Under the pieces are notes generated by a model, which did no database searches, had not been told where the DNA came from, and saw nothing but the letters and a program-made list of their open reading frames with translations. This document shows, one piece after another, positions 31,239 to 40,310 of a stretch of 64,000 bases of DNA. Position 1 is the stretch's first letter. Each line of letters opens with the position of its first letter. The translations under genes were made by a program, and so were the position numbers. The stretch is from assembly GCA_035559535.1 (NCBI GenBank), contig DATMBG010000052.1:1-64000 (forward strand), written 5' to 3'. The stretch comes from Candidatus Limnocylindrales bacterium. Lineage in GTDB: Bacteria; Moduliflexota; Moduliflexia; Moduliflexales; JAUQPW01.

Positions 31239-32270
31239 ATGAGTATACTGATCATCGATGATTCTCAGGAGAGTAGACTCTTGCTCAAATCTATCCTGAA
31301 AGCTGCCGGATATACCGATGTCTTAACCGCCGGATCAGCCCATGAAGCCTTCAAGATTCTGAATTTGGATGGTGAAACAAAAGCCCCGACCCCTATTGAT
31401 TTGATTTTGATGGATATTATGATGCCTGAAATCGATGGAATTGAAGCCTGTAAACGGATCAAGGCAAGGGAACATCTTCGAGATATTCCGATTATTATGA
31501 TTACGGCTCTGACCGATGTAGAAATTCTAAAAACCGCCTTTGCTGCAGGAGCCATGGATTATATAGCTAAACCCCCCAATAAAGTGGAGTTATTGGCGCG
31601 GGTACGCTCTGCTTTAAGACTTAAGCATGAAATGGATGCCCGCAAAGCCCGGGAGCAGGAACTATTGGAAGTAACCCGGCAGCTTGAAGAGGCCAATCAA
31701 ATCCTGTTACGGCTCTCTTCCTTGGATGGATTGACGGGTATTGCGAATCGTCGGCGCTTTGATGAGTTTCTCGATGTGGAGTGGCGGCGGGGTCTCCGGG
31801 AATCTGCCCCGCTCTCTTTAATTATGCTGGATATAGATTTTTTTAAAGCTTATAATGATGCTTACGGTCATCAAGCGGGTGATGATTGTTTGAAGGTTGT
31901 AGCGAATACCTTGAGCAATACGGTGAATCGACCCGGTGATTTGGTAGCCCGCTATGGAGGCGAGGAATTTGCCGTCATTCTACCCCGAACGCATCCAGAA
32001 GGGGCTGTTACTGTAGCAGAACTGTTGCGGGCTAAAGTTGAGGCTTTAAAGATACCCCATTCCCGATCTCGGGTTAGCGACGTGGTAACCATCAGTTTGG
32101 GAGTTTCTACAGTTGTTCCCAGACCGGGTTACTCGACGGCCGCGCTCATTGCCGCAGCCGATCAGGCCCTCTATCAAGCCAAACAAGAAGGTCGTAATCG
32201 GGTAAGGGTCCGATATCCTGCACCTTTCCCTGATTATACACTTCCAGAATCCGGGAAGATAACGCCATGA
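31239..32270 (+). CDS. Response-regulator diguanylate cyclase (REC-GGDEF)
   Basis: IIDD...LMDIMMP...KP receiver; DGLTG, RPGD I-site, GGEEF. Confidence 0.93.
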   Translation: MSILIIDDSQESRLLLKSILKAAGYTDVLTAGSAHEAFKILNLDGETKAPTPIDLILMDIMMPEIDGIEACKRIKAREHLRDIPIIMITALTDVEILKTAFAAGAMDYIAKPPNKVELLARVRSALRLKHEMDARKAREQELLEVTRQLEEANQILLRLSSLDGLTGIANRRRFDEFLDVEWRRGLRESAPLSLIMLDIDFFKAYNDAYGHQAGDDCLKVVANTLSNTVNRPGDLVARYGGEEFAVILPRTHPEGAVTVAELLRAKVEALKIPHSRSRVSDVVTISLGVSTVVPRPGYSTAALIAAADQALYQAKQEGRNRVRVRYPAPFPDYTLPESGKITP

Positions 32271-32596
32271 CCCCAGATGATCCCATAAAACAAAATAAAA
32301 AAATCGTTGTCTATATAGATGCAGAGCTTGAAGAGCTTATCCCTGGCTTCTTTGAGAATAGACGTAATGATATAAAGGCTATCCAGGAAGCTCTGGCAAA
32401 AGGTGACTATGAGACAATAAAAATTTTGGGGCACCGTATGAAAGGTTCTGGAGGAGGTTATGGATTCGACGAGATCAGCCAGATAGGCGGCTTCCTTGAA
32501 CAGGCGGCAAAAAAACAAAATTCACAAGAAATCCAAAAAGGGTTGAATAAGCTTTTAACTTATCTTGAAAATGTGGAAATCGTTTATAAAAATTAA
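32267..32596 (+). CDS. Hpt phosphotransfer protein
   Basis: GHRMKGSGGGYGF; ATGA overlap with the DGC stop. Confidence 0.9.
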   Translation: MTPDDPIKQNKKIVVYIDAELEELIPGFFENRRNDIKAIQEALAKGDYETIKILGHRMKGSGGGYGFDEISQIGGFLEQAAKKQNSQEIQKGLNKLLTYLENVEIVYKN

Positions 32597-32665
32597 TTAA
32601 TATAAGGGAAAAAAGAGATTCCTTTTATCCTTCCAGAGAAGAAAATTCAAAGGAAAGGCTAAAAA

Positions 32666-35140
32666 ATGGGAGAAAGGGATTTCGAAAAAACGACGAACGA
32701 AGTTTCTGATTTTCAAAAATCTATCCGGTATCATCTTAAATATTCACTGGGAAGGAACTGGGAAAAAGCTTCCGGGCATGATCTCTTTATGGCTATTGCT
32801 TTAGCCACTCGAGAGTTAATGATCGACAAAATGATGGAAACCGAAGAGCGCTATCAGAAAGCCGATACGAAAAGGTTGTATTATTTATCCATGGAGTTTC
32901 TTATGGGCCGATCCTTAGGAAATAATCTCTACAATTTGGGGATTTTTGATCTTTGTAAAGAGGCCGCCGAGAAAATGGGGATTGATTTCGAAGAGGTTCT
33001 GGAACGCGGGGAATATGATGCGGCCCTGGGAAATGGGGGCTTAGGTCGTTTAGCGGCTTGCTTTCTGGATTCATTAGCTACTTTGGGGATGCCGGGATAT
33101 GGATATGGAATCAACTACGAGTTTGGTCTTTTTAAACAAGAAATAGAAAACGGTTATCAGAAAGAAAAACCGGATCATTGGCTGAGGGAAAAGACCCCCT
33201 GGCAGATCGAGCGGGCCGATGAAGCCTGTATTATTCCCGTATATGGACGTATCGGTCAGGGACAGGGCCGAAATAGAAGTTATAATAGAAGTTATAAGGT
33301 GATGTGGACCGATTGGAAAACCTTAATCGGTGTTCCATATGATATGCCCATTGTAGGTTATGGGGGCAAGACGGTTAATTTCCTGAGATTGTACTCAGCC
33401 AAATCATCGGATGAGTTTGATATTCAGATATTCAATCGAGGGGATTATTTTAAGGCGGTAGAACAGAAAATCTCTTCGGAAATTGTTTCCAAGGTTCTCT
33501 ATCCTTCAGACTCTGTGGAAGCCGGACGTGAACTTCGTTTGATTCAGGAATATTTCCTGGTAGCCTGTGCAATTCGAGATATTGTTTATAGATATCTAAA
33601 AACCCGCAATACTTTTGATCAGTTTGCTTCCAAGGTAGCCATCCAGCTCAACGATACCCATCCTGCCCTGGCAGTGGCCGAATTAATGCGGATCTTGATA
33701 GATGAATATGATGTACCCTGGGAAAAGGCCTGGGAAATTACTCAGGGAGCCATCGCCTATACGAATCATACCTTACTTCCTGAAGCCCTTGAAAAATGGG
33801 CATTACCCCTGATAGAACGGGTTCTACCCAGACATTTGCAGATTATCTATGAAATCAATCAGCATTTTCTAAAACAGGTAATTTCGGTTTGGCCAAACGA
33901 TACCCATCGGATCAGTCGCATGTCGATCATTGAAGAGGGAGCCCCTAAACAGGTTCGTATGGCTTATCTGGCCATTGTAGGAAGTCATTCGGTCAATGGG
34001 GTTTCGGCCCTGCATTCTGAGCTTATAAAAACATCTTTAGTTCCTGATTTTTATCAACTCTGGCCGGAAAAATTCAATAACAAAACCAATGGAGTCACCC
34101 AACGTCGATGGTTATTGCAGGCGAATCCTTTACTGGCAAGATTGATAACTCACACCCTAGGAGATGACTGGATTACCAATCTGGATAAACTGAAGGATCT
34201 GGAATGTTATGCAGAAGATAAAGGGTTCCAGAGGGAATTTAGAATGATCAAATTAGCCAATAAAGACAGATTGGCAAAGATTATTCAGGACACCACGCAG
34301 ATCCTCGTCGACCCGGATTCCCTCTTCGATATCCAGGCAAAACGCCTGCATGAGTATAAACGTCAACTGTTGAATGTCATGCATATTATTCATCAATATT
34401 TAAGCCTGGTAGAGGATGGAAGAGAGTTAACGGTTCCCAAGACTTATATTTTCTCGGGTAAAGCGGCTCCGGGTTATATAATGGCAAAATTAATCATTAA
34501 ACTCATTCACAATGTCGGTGCGGTGATTAACAAAGACCCTAAGGTTAAAGGACAAATCAAAGTAGTATTTATTCCCGATTATCGGGTTTCGTTAGCTGAA
34601 AAGATCATTCCGGCAGCCGATTTAAGTGAGCAGATCTCCACAGCCGGTAAGGAGGCTTCAGGGACGGGGAATATGAAGTTTGCCATGAACGGAGCCTTAA
34701 CCATCGGAACCCTGGATGGGGCCAACGTGGAGATGCGAGAAGAAATCGGAAAAGAGAATATGTATATATTTGGCTTGACCGCCGAAGAGGTGGATCGGAT
34801 GAGAAAGACCGGTTCTTATAATCCCTGGGATTATTACAACAAGAGTCCGGTTATTCGGCGGGTTATGGAGAGTATCGGCTCGGATAGATTTTGTCCTGGG
34901 GAGCCCGGTCTGTTTCGGCCTATTTATAATAAAATTCTCTATAATGGGGATGAATATTTTCATCTGGCAGACCTGGAATCTTATATTTCAGTCCAGGAGG
35001 AAGCGGCCAAAGAATTTAAAAATCCAGGGCTTTGGACCAGGAAAGCCATCTTAAATGTGGCGCGGATTGGAAAATTCTCCAGTGATCGTACGGTTTCGGA
35101 ATATGCTCAGGAGATATGGGGGATTAAGCCTGTATTGTAG
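32666..35140 (+). CDS. glgP: Glycogen/maltodextrin phosphorylase
   Basis: LGNGGLGRLAACF, QLNDTHP, EASGTGNMKF (PLP Lys). Confidence 0.96.
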   Translation: MGERDFEKTTNEVSDFQKSIRYHLKYSLGRNWEKASGHDLFMAIALATRELMIDKMMETEERYQKADTKRLYYLSMEFLMGRSLGNNLYNLGIFDLCKEAAEKMGIDFEEVLERGEYDAALGNGGLGRLAACFLDSLATLGMPGYGYGINYEFGLFKQEIENGYQKEKPDHWLREKTPWQIERADEACIIPVYGRIGQGQGRNRSYNRSYKVMWTDWKTLIGVPYDMPIVGYGGKTVNFLRLYSAKSSDEFDIQIFNRGDYFKAVEQKISSEIVSKVLYPSDSVEAGRELRLIQEYFLVACAIRDIVYRYLKTRNTFDQFASKVAIQLNDTHPALAVAELMRILIDEYDVPWEKAWEITQGAIAYTNHTLLPEALEKWALPLIERVLPRHLQIIYEINQHFLKQVISVWPNDTHRISRMSIIEEGAPKQVRMAYLAIVGSHSVNGVSALHSELIKTSLVPDFYQLWPEKFNNKTNGVTQRRWLLQANPLLARLITHTLGDDWITNLDKLKDLECYAEDKGFQREFRMIKLANKDRLAKIIQDTTQILVDPDSLFDIQAKRLHEYKRQLLNVMHIIHQYLSLVEDGRELTVPKTYIFSGKAAPGYIMAKLIIKLIHNVGAVINKDPKVKGQIKVVFIPDYRVSLAEKIIPAADLSEQISTAGKEASGTGNMKFAMNGALTIGTLDGANVEMREEIGKENMYIFGLTAEEVDRMRKTGSYNPWDYYNKSPVIRRVMESIGSDRFCPGEPGLFRPIYNKILYNGDEYFHLADLESYISVQEEAAKEFKNPGLWTRKAILNVARIGKFSSDRTVSEYAQEIWGIKPVL

Positions 35141-35142
35141 CG

Positions 35143-37323
35143 ATGAAGGTATCCAGTTTTAAAATCTCTCGGGGATCTGCCCTTCCCTTAGGGGCAACAG
35201 TTAAACGAAACGGGATTAACTTTGCGGTTTTCTCCAAACACGCCACCTCGGTCACATTAGTGATTTTTGCTTCAGGAATCAACGACCCCGTTGCCGAGTT
35301 TCCTTTAGATCCCAAGATTAATCGAACGGGGCACATCTGGCATATCTTTGTCCAGGGGATGGATCCCGGCTTACGCTACGGTTATCGTATGGATAGACGA
35401 CTTCCAGCAGAGTCTTCAAATTCTGAAACTTCAAATTCCACCCCTTTAATCCATCGGTTTGACCCCAGCATCGTTTTGGTGGATCCCTATGCCCGGGCTC
35501 TTTCAGGGGGATCCATTTGGGGAGAGATTTATCTCCGTAAAGGGGATCAGGGCCCTTATGTGAAGCGGAATATCCGACGTTCCTTAATTATAAACAATGA
35601 ATTTGATTGGGGGCCGGATCAACCCTTAAATATCCCTCTGGCCGATTCCATTATCTACGAACTCCACGTTCGAGGTTTTACCATTCATAATTCTTCTGGG
35701 GTCCAAAATCCGGGAACTTTTGCCGGGCTTATCGAAAAGATTCCATATCTTAAAGAGTTGGGAATTACGGCGGTAGAACTCTTACCCATCAATGAATTCC
35801 AGGAAACGGATACCGATCGGGTAAATCCCTTAACCGGGGAACGTCTCCTTAATTTTTGGGGTTATAATCCCATCTCTTTTTTTGCTCCTAAGGCCTCTTA
35901 TGCTTCCAACGGTCGAAACGGTAATCAGGTAAAGGAATTTAAAGCCATGGTCAAAGCCTTCCATGAAGCCGGCATCGAAGTGATTCTAGACGTAGTATTT
36001 AACCATACTGCCGAAGGGGACGAGCGGGGAACTACCTTTTGTTTTAGGGGATTGGATAATGCGGTCTATTATATGATCGATCCCAAAACAGGAGCTTATT
36101 ACAATTATTCAGGTTGTGGCAACACGCTCAACTGTAATCATCCAGTGGTCCGAAATATGATACTGGATTGTTTACATTACTGGGTAACCGAAATGCATGT
36201 AGACGGATTTCGATTTGATCTGGCTTCCATTTTAGGCCGTGGGGAAGATGGTTCCGTTTTGTCTAACCCTCCTGTTTTAGAAAACATTACCGCAGACCCT
36301 GTTCTGGCTAATACCAAACTTATTGCAGAGGCCTGGGATGCGGCCGGCCTTTACCAGGTAGGAAGCTTTCCAGGCGGAGCCTCTCTTTCGGCCTTTAATC
36401 GCTGGGCTGAATGGAACGGGAAATTCCGGGATGATATACGAAGATTTATCCGGGGAGATCCGGGTATGGTCTCAGCCCTGGCAACTCGACTGGTAGGTAG
36501 TCCAGACCTTTATCAAGGGACCGGACGTGCCCCTTATCACAGCATTAACTTTGTAACCAGTCATGATGGATTCACTCTGGCCGACCTGGTTTCTTATAAC
36601 CACAAGCATAATGAGATGAACGGAGAAAATAACTTAGATGGCTCTAATGAAAATTTCAGTTGGAATTGTGGGTGGGAAGGACCTTTACCCCCTTCTTGGA
36701 AAGGGGAAAAGAAATGGGAAGAGATTCATACCCTTCGCCTTCGTCAAATGAAAAACCTGGCTACCCTTCTCCTGCTTTCCCGAGGCGTGCCCATGATTTT
36801 GGGTGGGGACGAAATGGGACGAACCCAACAGGGTAATAATAATGCTTATTGTCAGGACAATGAAATAAGTTGGGTCAATTGGGAATTTACAAAACTCCAT
36901 GCGGATTTGCTTCGATTTTTCAAACTCCTGATTCGATTTCGTAAAAAACACGAGGTTTTGAGGGTTAAAAGCTTTGATGAAAGTAAACCTGACAAATGGG
37001 GAAGCATATCCTGGCACGGTATCAGACTGGGACAACCTGACTGGTCCTGGGAATCACGATCCCTGGCCATGCATATAAACGGAGGCCTTCACGATGAAGA
37101 TATTTACATAATTATGAATGCCCACTGGGAAGGCCATGAGTTTGAACTTCCTCCCTTCAATAAAGGACGGAATACCCGTTGGGGATGGTTCCGGTTTATT
37201 GATACCTCCCTTGAGTCTCCCTTTGACATAGCCGAAGAGGGCAGAGAAGGGTACCTGGTAAACCAGCATTCCTATCCGGTTGGCCCTCGTACAGTAGTTG
37301 TATTGGTGGGTAAAAGATTGTAG
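35143..37323 (+). CDS. glgX: Glycogen debranching enzyme/isoamylase (GH13)
   Basis: IYELHVRGFT, DVVFNHT, DGFRFDLA, AEAWD, SHDGFTL. Confidence 0.95.
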   Translation: MKVSSFKISRGSALPLGATVKRNGINFAVFSKHATSVTLVIFASGINDPVAEFPLDPKINRTGHIWHIFVQGMDPGLRYGYRMDRRLPAESSNSETSNSTPLIHRFDPSIVLVDPYARALSGGSIWGEIYLRKGDQGPYVKRNIRRSLIINNEFDWGPDQPLNIPLADSIIYELHVRGFTIHNSSGVQNPGTFAGLIEKIPYLKELGITAVELLPINEFQETDTDRVNPLTGERLLNFWGYNPISFFAPKASYASNGRNGNQVKEFKAMVKAFHEAGIEVILDVVFNHTAEGDERGTTFCFRGLDNAVYYMIDPKTGAYYNYSGCGNTLNCNHPVVRNMILDCLHYWVTEMHVDGFRFDLASILGRGEDGSVLSNPPVLENITADPVLANTKLIAEAWDAAGLYQVGSFPGGASLSAFNRWAEWNGKFRDDIRRFIRGDPGMVSALATRLVGSPDLYQGTGRAPYHSINFVTSHDGFTLADLVSYNHKHNEMNGENNLDGSNENFSWNCGWEGPLPPSWKGEKKWEEIHTLRLRQMKNLATLLLLSRGVPMILGGDEMGRTQQGNNNAYCQDNEISWVNWEFTKLHADLLRFFKLLIRFRKKHEVLRVKSFDESKPDKWGSISWHGIRLGQPDWSWESRSLAMHINGGLHDEDIYIIMNAHWEGHEFELPPFNKGRNTRWGWFRFIDTSLESPFDIAEEGREGYLVNQHSYPVGPRTVVVLVGKRL

Positions 37324-37379
37324 GACGAATCGCTGATTCGTTTTTACGAAACAGCGTTTTGCGCTACAGCGTCGATACT

Positions 37380-37943
37380 ATGAACCAGCTAACGAGTAAA
37401 GATCAGGTCGAGAAGCCAGACAGACTCCATCAAATTCGAGATATTATTGTTGGCCCTCAACTCCGGGAATTGAATCGTCGGCTTGAAAAAATAGAATCGG
37501 ATCTGCTCACCCTTCAAGAAGAAATGCACCATCGGATGGATGAAACCCGAAATGCACTCTCTAAAGAGCTACATATAGCCGTGGAATCCCTCGTCAGGAA
37601 GATAGGATCCCTTAGCCTGGCTACCCAACAAGAATGGACCGACCTTCGCCAACAATTTGAACAGACCGAAGCCAGGCTCTCCGACCGCCTTAAAACCCTG
37701 GACAGGGAAGTAGATGCCGGTACAACATCCCTACGGAAAGAGTTTTCACAAACTTTAGATAAATTTCGGGAAGAAATGCAACATTTGAGAATTCAGATTC
37801 ACGAGGAGTTGGATAGGCGGCTCTTGGTACTTGAAGAGGCCGGGATTTCTAAAGATGAAATGGCCGAAATCCTTTTCGAGCTCGGTATGAGACTCAAAGG
37901 AGCTGAGTTCGTCAGTGACCCGTCTTACTCACCCATCGTGTAA
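37380..37943 (+). CDS. Coiled-coil/apolipoprotein-like hypothetical protein (paralog B)
   Basis: Gap-free alignment to 28494-29156, about 55% identity by manual count over ~157 aa; ATG 37380. Confidence 0.8.
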   Translation: MNQLTSKDQVEKPDRLHQIRDIIVGPQLRELNRRLEKIESDLLTLQEEMHHRMDETRNALSKELHIAVESLVRKIGSLSLATQQEWTDLRQQFEQTEARLSDRLKTLDREVDAGTTSLRKEFSQTLDKFREEMQHLRIQIHEELDRRLLVLEEAGISKDEMAEILFELGMRLKGAEFVSDPSYSPIV

Positions 37944-37954
37944 TTCTTAAGTAA

Positions 37955-38089
37955 GGAGGTATGGGGGTATGGAAGGTATGGGCGTGTGGGGGTGTGGGGG
38001 TATGGGAGTGTGGGAGTATGGAAGTATAGTCTTCCACACTCTCACACTTCCATCCCTCCACACTTCCACACTCCCACACCCCTATACAC
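37955..38089. repeat. Octamer-unit inverted tandem array
   Basis: GGAGGTATGGGGGTAT...GGGAGTGTGGGAGTATGGAAGTAT / CTTCCACACTCTCACACTTCC... Confidence 0.85.
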
Positions 38090-38111
38090 CTTTACTCAAG
38101 GAGGTATGATC

Positions 38112-39308
38112 ATGAGAAAACTGCAGATTCTTCTGTTTGTTTCGTTCATCTTGCCTATAACGGGGGGTTTTGTCCTTTTCTCGGAATCTGTAAAGTCCCA
38201 AGAAACTCTTAAAGTGGGGGGTCTTTTTGATCTGACCGGGGTTACTTCGGAGGTAGGTAAACCCTTTGCTCAAGGAGTTCGGGATGCGGTGGATTGGGTT
38301 AATCAGCAGGGAGGTGTCAACGGTAAACAGATCGAATTAATTCCGGTGGATTACAGTTATAAAATTCCCCAGGCCGTTGCAGCCTATAAAAAATTTGTTT
38401 CCCAGGATAAAGTTCTTTTGATCAACGGCTGGGGTACGGGAGATACCGAAGCCTTGAGAGCTGATGTCAATAAAGACAAGATCCCGTATATTTCCGCCTC
38501 GTTTTCTGCGCACCTCACAGATCCTTCCAAAACCCCTTACAATTTTTTCGTAGGGGCCGATTATTCCACAGAATTAAGGATTTTTCTCAAGTGGATTAAG
38601 GATAACTGGAAGGATACATCTCGTAATCCCAGAGTAGCTTTTATTTACTCGGATAATCCGTATGGTAGGGCTCCTATTGAAGCAGGTCGGGCTTATGCAA
38701 AGGAAATCGGAGTTGACCTGGTAGATGAGGAGATTGTTCCTCCTTCGTTTCAAGATTCTACCTCCCAACTCCTCAACATGCAAAAAAAGGAACCGGATTT
38801 TGCCTATATCAACACCACCACATCCTGGGTTGCCATTATTTTGAAAGATGCCCGTAAATTGGGACTTAAAACCCAATTTGGTATGAACCCTTACGGCTTT
38901 GGAGAGAAACTTCCTCAAATAGCCAAAGAAGCTGCAGAGGGGGCCTATGGGATGATGCCCAATGTGGCTTATGGAGAAAATGTTCCCATGATGAAGACGA
39001 TTCAAGATTACGTAGAGAAAAATAAAACCATTGAAAATCCCGATACCCTCTACGTACGAGGATGGGCGTATGTGTTGGTTTGGTCGGAGGCCCTCCGGAG
39101 AACTCAAGAGTTCACAGGTCCTGGAGTTAAAGCGGCTCTGGAAACTCTAAGGGATTTTGATACCGGTGGTTTAACCCCTCCCATAACCTTCACCCCGGAA
39201 GACCATCGCCCGACCATGAGATGCAAAATCTATCAGGTTCAGAATGGAAAGATTGTTCCCATTGCTGAATTGGAACTGCCAAGAAAGAAGGAGTGGCTAG
39301 GATTGTAG
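38112..39308 (+). CDS. ABC transporter substrate-binding protein (LivK/PBP1 type)
   Basis: Signal peptide, KVGGLFDLTG, GGVNGKQIEL, GWGTGDTEAL; SD AAGGAGGT 6 nt before ATG 38112. Confidence 0.92.
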   Translation: MRKLQILLFVSFILPITGGFVLFSESVKSQETLKVGGLFDLTGVTSEVGKPFAQGVRDAVDWVNQQGGVNGKQIELIPVDYSYKIPQAVAAYKKFVSQDKVLLINGWGTGDTEALRADVNKDKIPYISASFSAHLTDPSKTPYNFFVGADYSTELRIFLKWIKDNWKDTSRNPRVAFIYSDNPYGRAPIEAGRAYAKEIGVDLVDEEIVPPSFQDSTSQLLNMQKKEPDFAYINTTTSWVAIILKDARKLGLKTQFGMNPYGFGEKLPQIAKEAAEGAYGMMPNVAYGENVPMMKTIQDYVEKNKTIENPDTLYVRGWAYVLVWSEALRRTQEFTGPGVKAALETLRDFDTGGLTPPITFTPEDHRPTMRCKIYQVQNGKIVPIAELELPRKKEWLGL

Positions 39309-39377
39309 AAAGGGTGAAATGAAGGAAAAAGCCGAACGGTAAATCTTCTTTTCCCCTTTTCTCCTCTCTCCCGGGTT

Positions 39378-40172
39378 ATGCTTAAACTGAACAATGTCGA
39401 GGTTGTTTACAACGATGTCATCCTGGTCCTCAAAGGATTATCTCTGGAAGTACCTCGAGGGAGTATAGTGGCTCTATTGGGGGGAAACGGTGCGGGCAAA
39501 ACAACAACCCTTCGGGCGATTTCTGGGCTTTTAAAAGCAGAGGATGGAGAGCTTACCGATGGAAGTATCGAATTCATGGGGGAGCGGATTGATCGAAAAG
39601 ATCCCGAAGAGATTGTGCGGATGGGGATCTTTCAAGTCATGGAAGGTCGTCGGGTTTTTGAAGAATTGACCGTAGATGAAAATATCCGTATCGGGGCTTA
39701 TACCCGAAGGGATCGACAGAATATCAAACAGGATTATGAGCGTGTCTTCGACTACTTCCCCAGGCTTAGAGAACGACGTTCCCAACTGGCCGGTTATTTA
39801 AGCGGCGGTGAACAGCAGATGCTGGTTATTGGACGGGCTTTGATGGCACGCCCCAGACTTCTCATGCTGGATGAACCCTCACTGGGTCTGGCTCCCCTGC
39901 TGGTTCAAGAAATCTTCCAGATCATCCAACGGATCAACCGGGAAGAAAAAACTACCATTCTCCTGGTAGAACAAAATGCAAATATCGCGCTCTCTATTGC
40001 AGATTATGGATATATCATGGAAAACGGGAAGATCGTTCTGGACGGACCGGTAAATAAATTAAGGGAAAATGCCGATGTCAGAGAGTTCTATCTGGGATTG
40101 ACTGAAATCGGAAAGCGGAAAAGTTTTCGAGATGTCAAACATTATAAACGGAGAAAACGGTGGCTTTCTTAA
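39378..40172 (+). CDS. ABC transporter ATP-binding protein (LivF-like)
   Basis: GGNGAGKTT, LSGGEQQM, LLMLDEPSLGLAP, HYKRRKRWL tail. Confidence 0.93.
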   Translation: MLKLNNVEVVYNDVILVLKGLSLEVPRGSIVALLGGNGAGKTTTLRAISGLLKAEDGELTDGSIEFMGERIDRKDPEEIVRMGIFQVMEGRRVFEELTVDENIRIGAYTRRDRQNIKQDYERVFDYFPRLRERRSQLAGYLSGGEQQMLVIGRALMARPRLLMLDEPSLGLAPLLVQEIFQIIQRINREEKTTILLVEQNANIALSIADYGYIMENGKIVLDGPVNKLRENADVREFYLGLTEIGKRKSFRDVKHYKRRKRWLS

Positions 40173-40310
40173 TCCTTCCGGCTTATATTTCCTGCTTCTT
40201 AGATAAGGATTATAGATAATGACCTTCCAGGCGTCCTCACTTCTGGAAAGAAGAAGGGAATAGCAAGGGGTAAGGTAAAAAAAATAGTAAGACTCTAAAA
40301 AGAACCGTTT

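Noticed and set aside
28300-38111. Intact mobile element or genomic island
   Set aside because: No integrase, transposase, tRNA or recognisable target-site duplication. The flanking paralogs are too diverged to be terminal repeats.
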